A stretch of DNA of 64,000 nucleotides from Sphaerospermopsis sp. SIO1G1 (GCA_010672785.1 JAAHFX010000009.1:2690-66689), one strand, 5' to 3'. Counted from the first letter of the stretch, positions 37,912-48,774 are shown. A program made the numbers and translations. The notes: generated by a model from the letters alone, not told the origin.

Positions 37912-37993
37912 CAGTTAACAGTTAACAGTTAACAGTTAACAGTTAGCAGTTAGCAGTTAGCAGTTAGCAGTTAGCAGTTAGCAGTTAGCAGTT
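37912..37993. repeat. STRR heptamer tract (CAGTTAA)4(CAGTTAG)7
   Basis: Counted directly from the sequence. Confidence 0.95.
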
Positions 37994-38065
37994 CAAGGTG
38001 ATTTATCTGAGTTTTATGAATCAATCAATCTAAAATTCAGATAAATCACAGGTTATGGGGTGATA

Positions 38066-38125
38066 ATTCGTAATTCGTAATTCGTAATGCTCCCTTTGGG
38101 AGAGCTTCGCTTACGTAATTCTTAA
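38066..38125 (+). repeat. Short dispersed repeat embedded in an AATTCGT tract; inverted partner at 40321-40380
   Basis: TAATGCTCCCTTTGGGAGAGCTTCGCTTACGTA versus TACGTAAGCGAAGCTCTCCCGAAGGGAGCATTA. Confidence 0.8.
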
Positions 38126-38128
38126 TTC

Positions 38129-38791
38129 TTAATTCTTTAGCGCCAAAGTTAAACCGTCAGCAATAGGTACTAAGCTGAGAGTGATTCTTTGATCCTGATG
38201 TAACTTTTGATTTAAAGCACGTATATCTTGAGTTTGTTTATCTTGATTTTCGGGATCTGCTACTTTACCTGACCACAGAACATTATCAATAGCTATGATT
38301 CCACCTGGTCTAATTAATTTTAGCGATCGCTCGTAGTAGTTTTCGTAGTTTCCTTTATCTGCATCAATAAAGGCAAAGTCAAAGGTTTCTTCTGCTCCTG
38401 CGGCTAATAGATTGTCTAATGTCTCTAAAGCTGGTGCTATCTGTAAATCTACTTTCTCTCCTACTCCAGCTTGTTGCCAATAACGTTTAGCTATGTTTGT
38501 ATTTTCTACGTTGGTATCACAAGCAACCACTTTCCCGTCGGCTGGTAATGCTAGTGCTACTACTAAAGAACTATAACCTGTAAATACTCCTATATCTAAG
38601 GTTTTTTTTGCATTGATTAATTTAACCAACAATCCCATGAATTGCCCCTGTTCTGGGGATATTTGCATGATTGCTCCTGGTAACTGAGAGGTTTCTTGAC
38701 GTAGTTGGGTTAAAATTTCTGGTTCTCGCAGAGATACTGAAAGTAGGTAATTATATAAATTTGGTTCTAAGCCGATTGTTTTTTTAATCAC
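38129..38791 (-). CDS. Class I SAM O-methyltransferase (caffeoyl-CoA OMT/COMT family)
   Basis: MQISPEQGQF, LDIGVFTGYS, FDFAFIDADKGNY, GGIIAIDNVLWSG. Confidence 0.92.
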   Translation of the reverse strand: MIKKTIGLEPNLYNYLLSVSLREPEILTQLRQETSQLPGAIMQISPEQGQFMGLLVKLINAKKTLDIGVFTGYSSLVVALALPADGKVVACDTNVENTNIAKRYWQQAGVGEKVDLQIAPALETLDNLLAAGAEETFDFAFIDADKGNYENYYERSLKLIRPGGIIAIDNVLWSGKVADPENQDKQTQDIRALNQKLHQDQRITLSLVPIADGLTLALKN

Positions 38792-39364
38792 TTGCTTATT
38801 GTTATAAAATAGTTCTTCCTTATCAATTATATCATATTACTATTCAGCAATTTTGTCAACCTGCTTACCTTTCTCTATTGGCAAAAAGCGATCGCCAACC
38901 ACAAAAATATAAAGATTCAATAATCAGTCAATTATTTCAATTTTTGAGGAAATGTTGAGAGATATTGCAAGGAGAGTAGTTCAGTGAATTTTGGGCAGGA
39001 TTTACCTATACAATTGGTACACTAAATAATCAAATAATTCCTCCAAAAAAGTTATCAACGCAAAGATGGACAAAAAACTATTGCTTAAAGTCAATACCTT
39101 TGCCGAAATCAAAAATATCTTGAGTTTACGTTGGGTTTCACTTTGTTCAACCGAACCGACGGGATAATAGCCAAGTTATTGTCAAGTAAGAAGAGTTCAA
39201 AAGTTTTGAGTGGATAATTTTTATTAATTAGTAAAAATACGTACAGCATTATTGATTGGGAAGAATAGTAAATATGGTTGCAACTATTTTAAAATCCCAG
39301 AATCTTTATCCTTTCAGGGTGAGGGTTAGGTCAAGCAAACAGCTTATATTAAAGGGGGGCTAAG

Positions 39365-40300
39365 ATGAGTCGTTCAATTATTCTTGGTATTGTTGGTGAT
39401 AGCGCAGCGGGAAAAACCACCCTCACTAAGGGTATAGCTCAGGTACTTGGGCCTGAAAATGTTACACTCATCTGCACCGATGATTACCATCGTTATGACC
39501 GTAAACAGCGAGCAGAAAAAGGAATTACAGCACTCCATCCAGACTGTAATTACTTAGATATAATGCAGCAACATTTATCCATGCTACGTACAGGCCAATC
39601 AATTCTTAAACCTGTTTATAGCCACAAAACAGGTACATTTGAGCCTCCTGTATATATTCAACCAAAAAAATTTGTTATTATAGAAGGCTTATTAGGATAT
39701 TCTACTCGTGTAGCCCGTGAAGCTTACGACATTAAAGTTTACCTTGCACCACCAGAATCTTTACGGGCAAAATGGAAAGTAAAACGAGACACTCAAAAAC
39801 GGGGTTATTCTGAAGAACAAGTATTAGCAGAATTACAAAAGCGTGAACCAGACTCAGAACAGTATATCCGTCCCCAGCGTCAATGGTCTGATATTGTAGT
39901 CAGTTTTTATCCTCCCCAGGAAGATGCACAAGAAAGTACCGGACATTTGAATGTAAGATTGGTATTACGGCCAACAGTTCCCCACCCGGATTTTACGCAA
40001 ATTATCTCAGAAAATAATCATTCTGACTCAGCAGTGCGTTTAGGTTTAGGAAGAGATATGGGTAAACCAGTGGATGTACTAGAAGTAGATGGCCACGCTA
40101 CCTTAGAACAAGTGAACAACATAGAGCATATGATGTGTAATGATCTGCCCTATTTAAAAAATGTGTGCGATCGAGAAATTAATCCCGAATTAGGTAAAAT
40201 AGCTGGTACAACTGGGGAATCTCTGCAAAGTTATCCTTTGGCCTTAACACAGTTAATTATTACTTATCATATGCTCAAAGCAACACAGATTTATCAGTAA
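39365..40300 (+). CDS. prk: Phosphoribulokinase/uridine kinase family protein (non-canonical Prk paralog)
   Basis: GIVGDSAAGKTT P-loop, ICTDDYHRYDRKQR, IEGLL, WKVKRDTQKRGY. Confidence 0.8.
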   Translation: MSRSIILGIVGDSAAGKTTLTKGIAQVLGPENVTLICTDDYHRYDRKQRAEKGITALHPDCNYLDIMQQHLSMLRTGQSILKPVYSHKTGTFEPPVYIQPKKFVIIEGLLGYSTRVAREAYDIKVYLAPPESLRAKWKVKRDTQKRGYSEEQVLAELQKREPDSEQYIRPQRQWSDIVVSFYPPQEDAQESTGHLNVRLVLRPTVPHPDFTQIISENNHSDSAVRLGLGRDMGKPVDVLEVDGHATLEQVNNIEHMMCNDLPYLKNVCDREINPELGKIAGTTGESLQSYPLALTQLIITYHMLKATQIYQ

Positions 40301-40320
40301 TCAGAATTTAGAATTCAGAA

Positions 40321-40380
40321 CTACGAACTACGAACTACGTAAGCGAAGCTCTCCCGAAGGGAGCATTACAAATTACGAAT
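40321..40380 (-). repeat. Short dispersed repeat, inverted partner of 38066-38125
   Basis: Reverse-complement match. Confidence 0.8.
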
Positions 40381-42938
40381 TATAACCAATTGCCAAGCAG
40401 AACAAAAGCTGACCAATAATAGGGGTGAGAAAATTGAGAATTCTCATCCTTTAAAACTGCTAATTGAGCATTACGCAGAACTTCAGCCTTGGTGAGACTT
40501 TGATTAGATAATTGTTGGTAAAATTCATTCATTAATAAAGCTGTTGCTTGATCATCAATATACCAAAGACTAGCCAAAGTGCTACGCGCTCCCGTTCTTA
40601 CAGCCATTCCTGCTAACCCTAATGAGGATCTTTTATCACCAGCGGCTGTTTTACAAGCACTCAAGACTAATAATTCAATAGGGGCAGTTTTTTTGGTTTG
40701 CAACCGCAGAAGATAATTCAAATCATTGATATTTAATTTTCGATTCCAAGTCAAAATAAATGTGTCTTCCAACTGAGAACTAAATTCACCATGAGTTGCT
40801 AAATGAACTACTGGATAAGAATTACGAGTTAAGTTTTTCTCCAACTGCTGATTAGTAAAAGATTGATTTTTTAATAATAAAGAATTGGAAAACTCTGCTT
40901 TAATTCGTTCTAATTCTGATAATACATTAGGTAAAGGAGGGAATCCAAATCTAGATTCACTAATTCCAGCACCAAGCAATTGAATGTTTTCTCTTTCTAA
41001 AGCTTGGGGATCTATTAATTGTAAACTGGGAGCATTAGCAACACTATATTTCTCAACCAGATATTGTTGGCCATCATGAAGAACACTCATAGGAATATTT
41101 CTTAAAATTCCATCAGCAATAAAAACGACATTTTTGACGTTGTTTGCTTGTAATTTATCTTCAGTGGGTTTAATGATCCAACTATAAATTTGTTGAGACA
41201 ATCTTAACATTTCCTTTCTAAAAATTATTTCACTCCGTCTGGCTAATTTGGCTCGTAAATCTTCCACACCAGTTTCTATCTCTAATTGGGATAATTTTTG
41301 ACTATGGTGATGTAAAGTCTGATCAGGGAGACTAACAATTACTTCTAAACTCTTGGGCAGAATAATGATGTAAAAAATAGCTGATTCTTGATCAATTTTA
41401 TCAATTTGCACAGGTTTTGCATCTAAACAAGCATTACGAAAAAAGTTATCTAATTCTGCCAACTGTAATAATTCAATGACATTTCTAGCTTGTTTTAATT
41501 CAGCTTGAGTGGGATTTCCTGCTAATAATAATTCTACCAGTTCTCTATATACAGGTTCTACTCGCTCTCGGAAATCAAACTGTGCTTCTGAACTAATTTT
41601 TACTAAATCAGTACGAATAGATTGTAGAGTTTGGACTGATTGACTATAAGCAGATATGGCAGTTTTTATAGCTGATTTGCTATCACTATTAACAGCTATA
41701 ATTCTACCTAATTGCCATTGCCATTCATAGCTTAATTCCGGGAAATTTTGACTTTGAGAAATTAGTAAAGCTGTTTCGGTGAGTTTTTTTGCTTCTTGAT
41801 AGCGTTGATTTTTTTCATAAAGATTCCCCAATGTTCCTATTGCATAACTTTCTCCTCGTTTATCTCCTAATTTTTGAGATAAATTAATTGCATAAGCTAA
41901 TTCTTGAGCTATCAATGATTGAGGATAATTAGCATTTTTGGTGCGTAATAATATTCTCGCTAAACTAATTCGAGCATAAACCCCTGTGCGAGTAGAAGGT
42001 AATTGAGATAAACTATCTTGAATTGCTGATATTAGTGACTTTGCCAATAATTTTTGATTCGTATTTAGAAATAATTCTAATTGATTTAACTGTCCTTGAA
42101 TTTTCAAATCTGGAGATGGAGATTGTTCAATTACTTGTTGAAAATATTCACTGGCGATTCCCTTTTTATCTGTTTGGAGAATACTAGTTTTACCTAAACT
42201 CAAAAGTGCTTCTGTCTTGATTTTAGAAGATGATAATTTTGTCGCTATTTTTAAACTTTGCTCTAAAACTTGTTGAGATTGCTCCAACTTGCCTATTCCT
42301 CTCCAAACATTACCTAAATTTAATAGTGTTTGAGCTTTAACTAGATTATCCTGTTGTTGTTCTAGACTTTTTTGACTAACCATTAAAGTGTTTATCGCTT
42401 GACTATATAAACCTAATGCTTGTAAAGCTAGAGATTGATTAATCCTACTTCTGAGTAACCCAGAATTATCACCAATGTTTTGATAAATTTCTGTAGTTCG
42501 TTGCCAAGTTTCTAATGCTGCTTGAGAATCACCTACAGAAAACTGTAATTGTCCTTTAACTTCCAGAGTTTGGGCGAGCAATGTTTGATTATTACGACTA
42601 TTTTGTAGTTGCTTAATCTGATTCAAACTCTGATTAATTGCTTGATTTGCTTGTTGGATGTCTCCTATTTTTTGGTAGACTAGAGATAAGTTTCTCCAGG
42701 CAATTATTAATCCTGAAATATCACCAACTTGCTGATAGTTGGTAATGGTTTTTTTTAACATTGCTACAGAGGCAGAAAAATCTTTACCTTCATATAGTTT
42801 TCTGGCTCTTTCTTCAGGAGAAATGGCTTCACTAACAGTTAAATTATTGATATGACTTTCCTTTCCAATAGCTTGTTCTACTGCTAAACCAGTAATCAAA
42901 TAAAAAATACTAAGTAGAAGAATAGAGATATTTTTCAT
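40380..42938 (-). CDS. Secreted TPR + CHAT (caspase-like) domain protein
   Basis: Signal peptide; TPR-like helices; VHLATHGEF and LLVLSACKTA (His/Cys dyad); HPYYWSAFVLLGNWL. Confidence 0.9.
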   Translation of the reverse strand: MKNISILLLSIFYLITGLAVEQAIGKESHINNLTVSEAISPEERARKLYEGKDFSASVAMLKKTITNYQQVGDISGLIIAWRNLSLVYQKIGDIQQANQAINQSLNQIKQLQNSRNNQTLLAQTLEVKGQLQFSVGDSQAALETWQRTTEIYQNIGDNSGLLRSRINQSLALQALGLYSQAINTLMVSQKSLEQQQDNLVKAQTLLNLGNVWRGIGKLEQSQQVLEQSLKIATKLSSSKIKTEALLSLGKTSILQTDKKGIASEYFQQVIEQSPSPDLKIQGQLNQLELFLNTNQKLLAKSLISAIQDSLSQLPSTRTGVYARISLARILLRTKNANYPQSLIAQELAYAINLSQKLGDKRGESYAIGTLGNLYEKNQRYQEAKKLTETALLISQSQNFPELSYEWQWQLGRIIAVNSDSKSAIKTAISAYSQSVQTLQSIRTDLVKISSEAQFDFRERVEPVYRELVELLLAGNPTQAELKQARNVIELLQLAELDNFFRNACLDAKPVQIDKIDQESAIFYIIILPKSLEVIVSLPDQTLHHHSQKLSQLEIETGVEDLRAKLARRSEIIFRKEMLRLSQQIYSWIIKPTEDKLQANNVKNVVFIADGILRNIPMSVLHDGQQYLVEKYSVANAPSLQLIDPQALERENIQLLGAGISESRFGFPPLPNVLSELERIKAEFSNSLLLKNQSFTNQQLEKNLTRNSYPVVHLATHGEFSSQLEDTFILTWNRKLNINDLNYLLRLQTKKTAPIELLVLSACKTAAGDKRSSLGLAGMAVRTGARSTLASLWYIDDQATALLMNEFYQQLSNQSLTKAEVLRNAQLAVLKDENSQFSHPYYWSAFVLLGNWL

Positions 42939-43032
42939 GGCTTTCTATAAGTTGTGAGGAATAAATTTTGAGGCATTTTAATTATTAGCAAATATCAGAT
43001 TTTGGAGTATATAAATCCAAAATACCTTGGAT

Positions 43033-43131
43033 AGGACTTACGCACAAGCTATGGAATAAAAGAACCACTCCAGGCACAGAAAACACAGAGGAATGAGGGT
43101 TACAAGAGATATTATATTTTTCGTAAGTCCA
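43033..43131. mobile_element. MITE-like repeat, family A
   Basis: AGGACTTACGCA...TCGTAAGTCCA. Confidence 0.75.
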
Positions 43132-43295
43132 GTTGGACGTTGGTTTAAAATTTAAACTTACCAACTATCGAAAAAATTTACATGATTTCAATAGTAATTA
43201 CGCATTTCAACGAAATATTGATGTTTGAGATTGCTTCCTTACGTCGCAATGATAGTATTTGTAATAGGTTTTGTGTAAGTCCTGTTAAAAACTGT

Positions 43296-45557
43296 TTAAT
43301 TATTAGCTATGATTGATTTTTGCAGGTATTGAAAAAGTATTTCAGCCTCTGCTGCTGGTTTAAAAGTAAATTGAATATAAAAATGACTAGGATTTGCTGA
43401 TTTATTGAGGATTTTGGCATAAATATCTTCGCTGGTTTGTTTTTGGTTATTAATTCTTAATAGATTGAGTTTAATATTACTTAAAGGCGCTGGTAAAGGG
43501 TCTGAATTTGCCAGTTCTGTTTTTACCTCTGCTCCTGTTTCCGAAAGTTTAATTAAGTAAGCAGCAAATATCTGATTAGAAACATTTTTTCCTTCCAAAA
43601 TTTGGTAACTGATGGGGATAGGTTCTCTTAAATTAAAATATTGATCTGTTTCTTTTGTCAAAAATAAATTGTATGGTTCACCAATTCCACCAAGATCATA
43701 AATAGTAATTAGTTCTTGTACTCCTTTCGGCTTAACTTGCATTTCTCCATCAATTCTTAAATGGGAGTTTTTGATAGCCTTTAAAGTCGGTTCAGAAATG
43801 AGAATTTGTTTACCTGTAGTGTAACCTTCTATCCGAAATGCCAAATTCATTTCTTTCCCAATAACAGTATATTCCGTATGCTTTTCTGAACCAATATTTC
43901 CCACTACGACTTCACCAGTATTAATACCAATACCCATTGCTAAGGATGGTAAATCTAATTCCTGCAATTTAGCATTAACGTTTTTCATTGTTAATTGCAT
44001 ATCTATGGCACAAGCTAAAGCTCGTTCTGCATCATCCTCCTTAAGAGTTGGCGCACCAAAAAGTATCACAATCCCATCTCCCATAAACTTATCTACAGTT
44101 CCTTGATATTTTGTAATCACATCTAACATGAATTCCAGATAGATATTGAGAATTTGGACGACGACTTCAGGATCAAGCTGTTCTGATAAAGCTGTAAATC
44201 CTCTTAAATCGGAAGTAACTATGGTGATTTCCCGCCGTTTACCGCCAATTTTCAGTCCATCTGGAGATTCTAATAAGTTAGCAACCACTTCATTGCTTAA
44301 ATAACGGCCAAAAGTTTTACGAATGAGGTTGGCGCTGCGAGCTATATATGCAGTAATAGCCGATACAGAACCGATCATGGCTAAAAATGGTGGAACTACT
44401 GGTATCCACAAACCCCAAATTAATGCCGTATAGGTACTAACGAATAAAATTCCTGTGGATAATACAAGAGTCGAACCTAAACTAATTAATTTCCATGAAC
44501 TACCTACATATCGCCATTGCCACGACACAATAGCACCAATTAAGGCCCAAAAGATAATCCATAAATATTCTTGGACTTCTGGCCAACTGTGAATCAGAGG
44601 CCGTCCATCTATTGCAGCACTTAAAATTTGACTGATCAGGTTTGCTTGCACCTCTACCCCTGACATGGGTTCAGGAAGACTCAGTAATCCAGCACTATAT
44701 GGAGTGTAAAATAAGTCCTTAAAGCTTTCGCCAACTGTACCGATTAAAATAATGCGATCGCGTCCCCAATCTTGAGGTACTCTGTCCTCTAAAATATCTG
44801 TTAAGGAAACAGTCTCAAAATAACCAGCTTCTCCTCTATAATTAATTAATACTTGATAGCCTCCATTATCGGTACGAATATAACCGCCTTCATTTACATT
44901 GAGTTGTGGAAATACAGCTTGGCCCAGTTGCCAAGTGATCCCATCTTCTAAAGTATTAACGGTAATCCCTTCTTGATTTAAATACAGTAATGCTAAGTAT
45001 AAACTAAAACTATAAACGTTGTTATTATTTTTATCTGCCAGATACATAAAACCACGTCTGACTGTATTATCAGAATCAACAACGACATCATTTGCACCCA
45101 CTTGTCCTAATTCTTTCAGTACAGGAGGTGCTGAGACAGTGTTACCATTACGATCTGGCACTACTTTTTCAATTCCCACTAAATACTCTGTGGACTTAAA
45201 TACCTGAACTAGATTTTCATGTCCTGGTTGAAAAGGTAAGTCGCGGTAAATATCTAAACCAATAGCTCTGGGTTTTTTTTCCTTCAGCTTTTTAATTAAA
45301 CGTGCATAAACATCATCATTTATATATCCTTGCTGTAAATTATGTAAATCAGTTTCAGAAATTCCCACAATCACAATGCGCTCGTCTTTACTCTCATGAG
45401 GACGCAGGCGCATATATTGATCAAATACTGCCCATTCCAAAGATTGCAATAAACCCAGAAAACGCAAGAGAATGACAAATCCTGTCATACTAGATGTAAT
45501 AACACTTATATCACGCCATTCTCGTAAAAATTTTTTAATTTTCTCCATTATAAACAC
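43296..45557 (-). CDS. CHASE2-domain class III adenylate cyclase with a C-terminal extension
   Basis: IGLDIYRDLP, DSDNTVRR, MSGVEVQA; TSDLRGFT, DKFMGD, YTVIGKEMNLAFR. Confidence 0.9.
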   Translation of the reverse strand: MFIMEKIKKFLREWRDISVITSSMTGFVILLRFLGLLQSLEWAVFDQYMRLRPHESKDERIVIVGISETDLHNLQQGYINDDVYARLIKKLKEKKPRAIGLDIYRDLPFQPGHENLVQVFKSTEYLVGIEKVVPDRNGNTVSAPPVLKELGQVGANDVVVDSDNTVRRGFMYLADKNNNNVYSFSLYLALLYLNQEGITVNTLEDGITWQLGQAVFPQLNVNEGGYIRTDNGGYQVLINYRGEAGYFETVSLTDILEDRVPQDWGRDRIILIGTVGESFKDLFYTPYSAGLLSLPEPMSGVEVQANLISQILSAAIDGRPLIHSWPEVQEYLWIIFWALIGAIVSWQWRYVGSSWKLISLGSTLVLSTGILFVSTYTALIWGLWIPVVPPFLAMIGSVSAITAYIARSANLIRKTFGRYLSNEVVANLLESPDGLKIGGKRREITIVTSDLRGFTALSEQLDPEVVVQILNIYLEFMLDVITKYQGTVDKFMGDGIVILFGAPTLKEDDAERALACAIDMQLTMKNVNAKLQELDLPSLAMGIGINTGEVVVGNIGSEKHTEYTVIGKEMNLAFRIEGYTTGKQILISEPTLKAIKNSHLRIDGEMQVKPKGVQELITIYDLGGIGEPYNLFLTKETDQYFNLREPIPISYQILEGKNVSNQIFAAYLIKLSETGAEVKTELANSDPLPAPLSNIKLNLLRINNQKQTSEDIYAKILNKSANPSHFYIQFTFKPAAEAEILFQYLQKSIIANN

Positions 45558-45781
45558 CTAAGCATAATTAATTTTATGACTTATACATTTCTTGATGAGA
45601 CTGCACTTAATTTTGTAACTCGGATCTTATGTATTTTCCTCCTCTGCGAACTCTGCTCCTCTGCGGTTAATTTCCTGAGAAATGTGGCGCATCTTTATAC
45701 AATACCTTTCCAAAAATCAAAGATGTCTTGATTTGTAGGTTGGGTTCAGGAACGAAACCCAAAAAATATCTTGAATTTAAT

Positions 45782-45874
45782 AGGACTTACTCAGAAGTTA
45801 GGGAAGAATGAACCACGAAGGAAGCAAAGGAAACGAAGGTAAGAGATTTACAAGAGATATTTTGCGTAAGTCCT
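45782..45874. mobile_element. MITE-like repeat, family A
   Basis: AGGACTTACTCA...TGCGTAAGTCCT. Confidence 0.8.
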
Positions 45875-46012
45875 ATTTAAGTTGAGTTTCACTTTGTTCA
45901 ACCTAACCTACAGGAAAATAGATAGTTAAAAAAGGAAATGAAAGAATTGCAAAATACCATGTTTTGTACTGTTTGAAAATGAAAACATAAAGGCATAATT
46001 GAACAGTAAATC

Positions 46013-46792
46013 CTAATTAGAAACTTCTGCTATTTCTGCTAATCTCACATAGGTTAAAAGTTCTTGCCATAAGACTTGTGCTTGTGAATTATTTTTGCGT
46101 AACTGATCCAAAATTACCAAAGCTTGATTCCAAAAACCAAATTGTGCATAAAGTCGTACTTGAGCTAGAGAATTAGGCATTAATTTCTGTATTTGAGTAG
46201 CTTGTTCAGAAGTTAAAGGTGTATATTTGATCCAACCTTCAACTAATTCATCGGCTTCTCTATCTTGGGGATTACAAATAACTAAAACCTGCCACTGATA
46301 GATGCTATCTTGCTGAAGTTGAACTGTCTCAGGTATGCTGATTTTAACTATTCCTGGAGTAGTGACAAAAGAAATACTTTGTTGGTAAACGATTTGTTCA
46401 GTTTTAATATCAATCAAACGAAATGTTCCATTTTTGTCAGTAGCATTAGGAATATATACGAAAACCGTTGCTTGTGGTTCTGCTGTGGTAATCAGATTAT
46501 TTCCTGGTGTTAATGCAGTCAGAGGAATTTTTCTAGTTTCAATATTTTCTACTACTGTTGAATTATTAAATTGATAACTACTACAAGCAGGGCCACGTGA
46601 ACCTGCTCCTGATGTACGTTTTGGCGCTCCTAAATCTGTTACAGGAGGGAATCTAAGGTTTACACGTAAACTTCTCATTAATTGAGCATTGCTGGGGTGA
46701 GGAAACAGAGAAACCATCACAATTGCAGTTAAAACACTTAAAACACTCAAGTTGCAATTTTTCACCGTTAGCACTGGAACTTTGATAAACAT
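46013..46792 (-). CDS. DUF928 domain protein
   Basis: Signal peptide; GAPKRTSGAGSRG, LTALTP, PTV-like VFVYIP, YQWQV, YAQFGFWNQAL. Confidence 0.85.
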   Translation of the reverse strand: MFIKVPVLTVKNCNLSVLSVLTAIVMVSLFPHPSNAQLMRSLRVNLRFPPVTDLGAPKRTSGAGSRGPACSSYQFNNSTVVENIETRKIPLTALTPGNNLITTAEPQATVFVYIPNATDKNGTFRLIDIKTEQIVYQQSISFVTTPGIVKISIPETVQLQQDSIYQWQVLVICNPQDREADELVEGWIKYTPLTSEQATQIQKLMPNSLAQVRLYAQFGFWNQALVILDQLRKNNSQAQVLWQELLTYVRLAEIAEVSN

Positions 46793-46940
46793 AATCAGAA
46801 TAGATTGTTACCTAATTTATTCTTCAGTTATCAGTGGTCAGTTAGCAGTTATCACTGTTTACTGTATCCTTTTTTAAGTATAAAACTTATTTCGCATTAT
46901 TACTTATATTCATAACTGATAACTGAATAAATGATAGCTG

Positions 46941-47855
46941 TCATTGCCTGTGACTATTCACCGCAGCACGCAAATTTCCCTGATGTGCAGCTAACAGTTT
47001 TTCCCCAGAAGTTTTGTCTAAATTTGTCCAGTGCATCAATAAAGCTAGTTTTACCCATTTACCACTGCGTTCTAATAAAAAACTGGCAGTTTCTCGACTT
47101 AAGCCGGTTAAGTCTTGTAAAATTCTCAAAGCGCGATCTTGCAATTTTTGATTCGTGACAGCAACATCTACCATCCGATTACCGTAAACTTTGCCTAACT
47201 TCACCATTACACTGGTAGAAAGGATATTTAGAGCCAGTTTAGTTGCAGTACCAGCTTTTAAGCGAGTTGAACCTGCTAGGATTTCTGGCCCTGTTAACAA
47301 ACGAATATCTATGTCTGCGTCAAAACTGACTTGTTCAGCAGGAACACAGGCAATAAAAATAGTTAAAGCTCCTCTTTGACGTGCTGCTTTGAGCGCACCG
47401 TGAACATAAGGTGTTGTACCTCCAGCGCTGATCCCCACAACTACATCCTGTTGATTTACCTTATGTTGGGCGATCGCATTTTCTCCATCTTCAGCTAAAT
47501 CTTCTAGGCCTTCAGAACTACGTAGTAAAGCTCCTGCACCACCAGCAATTATTCCTTGTACTAACTCTGGAGGTGTACAAAAAGTGGGAGGACATTCTGC
47601 TGCGTCTAACACCCCTAAACGTCCACTTGTGCCTGCACCAATATAAAATAAGTGTCCACCATGATGCAGTCTTTGAGCAGTTTTTTCTATAGCTGCGGCT
47701 AATTCCACTTTAGCTCCAGCTACCGCAGCTACAGCTTTGTGGTCTTCCATATTGAATAATTCTACTAATTCTAGAGCATTAAGTTGGTCTAAATTCAGAC
47801 TGTTAGGATTGATCTGTTCTGTCAGTAGATGACCACGTGATTGCAAATTTGTCAT
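46941..47855 (-). CDS. murQ: N-acetylmuramic acid 6-phosphate etherase
   Basis: LLTEQINP, GAGTSGRLGVLDAAECPPTF, GSTRLKAGTATK, GKVYGNRMVDV. Confidence 0.97.
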   Translation of the reverse strand: MTNLQSRGHLLTEQINPNSLNLDQLNALELVELFNMEDHKAVAAVAGAKVELAAAIEKTAQRLHHGGHLFYIGAGTSGRLGVLDAAECPPTFCTPPELVQGIIAGGAGALLRSSEGLEDLAEDGENAIAQHKVNQQDVVVGISAGGTTPYVHGALKAARQRGALTIFIACVPAEQVSFDADIDIRLLTGPEILAGSTRLKAGTATKLALNILSTSVMVKLGKVYGNRMVDVAVTNQKLQDRALRILQDLTGLSRETASFLLERSGKWVKLALLMHWTNLDKTSGEKLLAAHQGNLRAAVNSHRQ

Positions 47856-48155
47856 TTGTTGATTTGTCTATTGTGATTATTGACAATTCTAATTTTAAGA
47901 GGATGTTTGATTTTTTCGTCTGGATGATTATTATTCCGTACTTATTTGATTTAAATGAAATATTTTATACTTATTTCGTAATCTTTCATCGGCTAATGAA
48001 AAAAATGCAAGCTTTGTCACCCCCTAAACTGAAAAACCTTGCATTTAATTCCTGCTGAAAGGAAAAATCATTCCTATCCCACTCTTAAAACTGCTCCCTG
48101 CTCACCGTTCCCTGTTCCCTAACCTCCACAGATCACTTTTTGCAGCAAACCCTCA

Positions 48156-48267
48156 TTATCAGTTATCAGTTATCAGTTATCAGTTGTTACTGTTTACTGT
48201 TCCCTGTTCCCTATTCCCTGTTCCCTATTCCCTGTTCCCTATTCCCTGTTCACTGTTCACTGTTTAC
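48156..48267. repeat. Mixed STRR tract (TTATCAG, TGTTCCC/TATTCCC, TGTTCAC)
   Basis: Visible heptamer units. Confidence 0.88.
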
Positions 48268-48279
48268 AGCAAACCCTAA

Positions 48280-48666
48280 TTACAACAGTCCTTCTAATTT
48301 ACGACGGATGCTATCTAAATCAGAATCTGACATTTCCGATGCTGAAGAAGTATTGTTTTTATTTTTAGTATCTTGCTCCCAATCAGTTTCTTCCACATTT
48401 AATTCTGGAGGAGTTGGGATAGCATTACTATCTTTGGGAATCAGTTCCCAATCAAAACCCGCACCTTGGCAAAAATCCTTGATTTCTTGATCATCAATTT
48501 CTTCAACGGTTGGTGTCGGAAAATCTTGAGCTTCTAACATTAAAGCAAAGCGTGTAGCATCATCTTCTGACTCGAACATCATAATTTTATTCAGATTTCC
48601 TTGGCGAACAGAATGAATACCTTCATTGTCACTGCCAGCATTGAAAATTAGTACAAAGACACGCAT
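48280..48666 (-). CDS. DUF3110 domain protein
   Basis: VFVLIFNAGSDNEGIH...MFESEDDATRFALMLEAQDFP...DSIRRKLEGLL. Confidence 0.9.
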   Translation of the reverse strand: MRVFVLIFNAGSDNEGIHSVRQGNLNKIMMFESEDDATRFALMLEAQDFPTPTVEEIDDQEIKDFCQGAGFDWELIPKDSNAIPTPPELNVEETDWEQDTKNKNNTSSASEMSDSDLDSIRRKLEGLL

Positions 48667-48774
48667 TATTTATCCTTCAAGATTACATACGTATTATTCT
48701 ATTTTTACTATTTAATCAGGGAATCGGAGGTTATGGGTTAAATATTTTGATATTTATAGGACTAGCGACTTAAT

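Noticed and set aside
40380-42938. CHAT protein as HetF
   Set aside because: It has a signal peptide and a C-terminal CHAT domain after TPRs, whereas HetF has an N-terminal CHAT domain
48140-48490. 116-aa ORF
   Set aside because: STRR-derived and antisense to DUF3110
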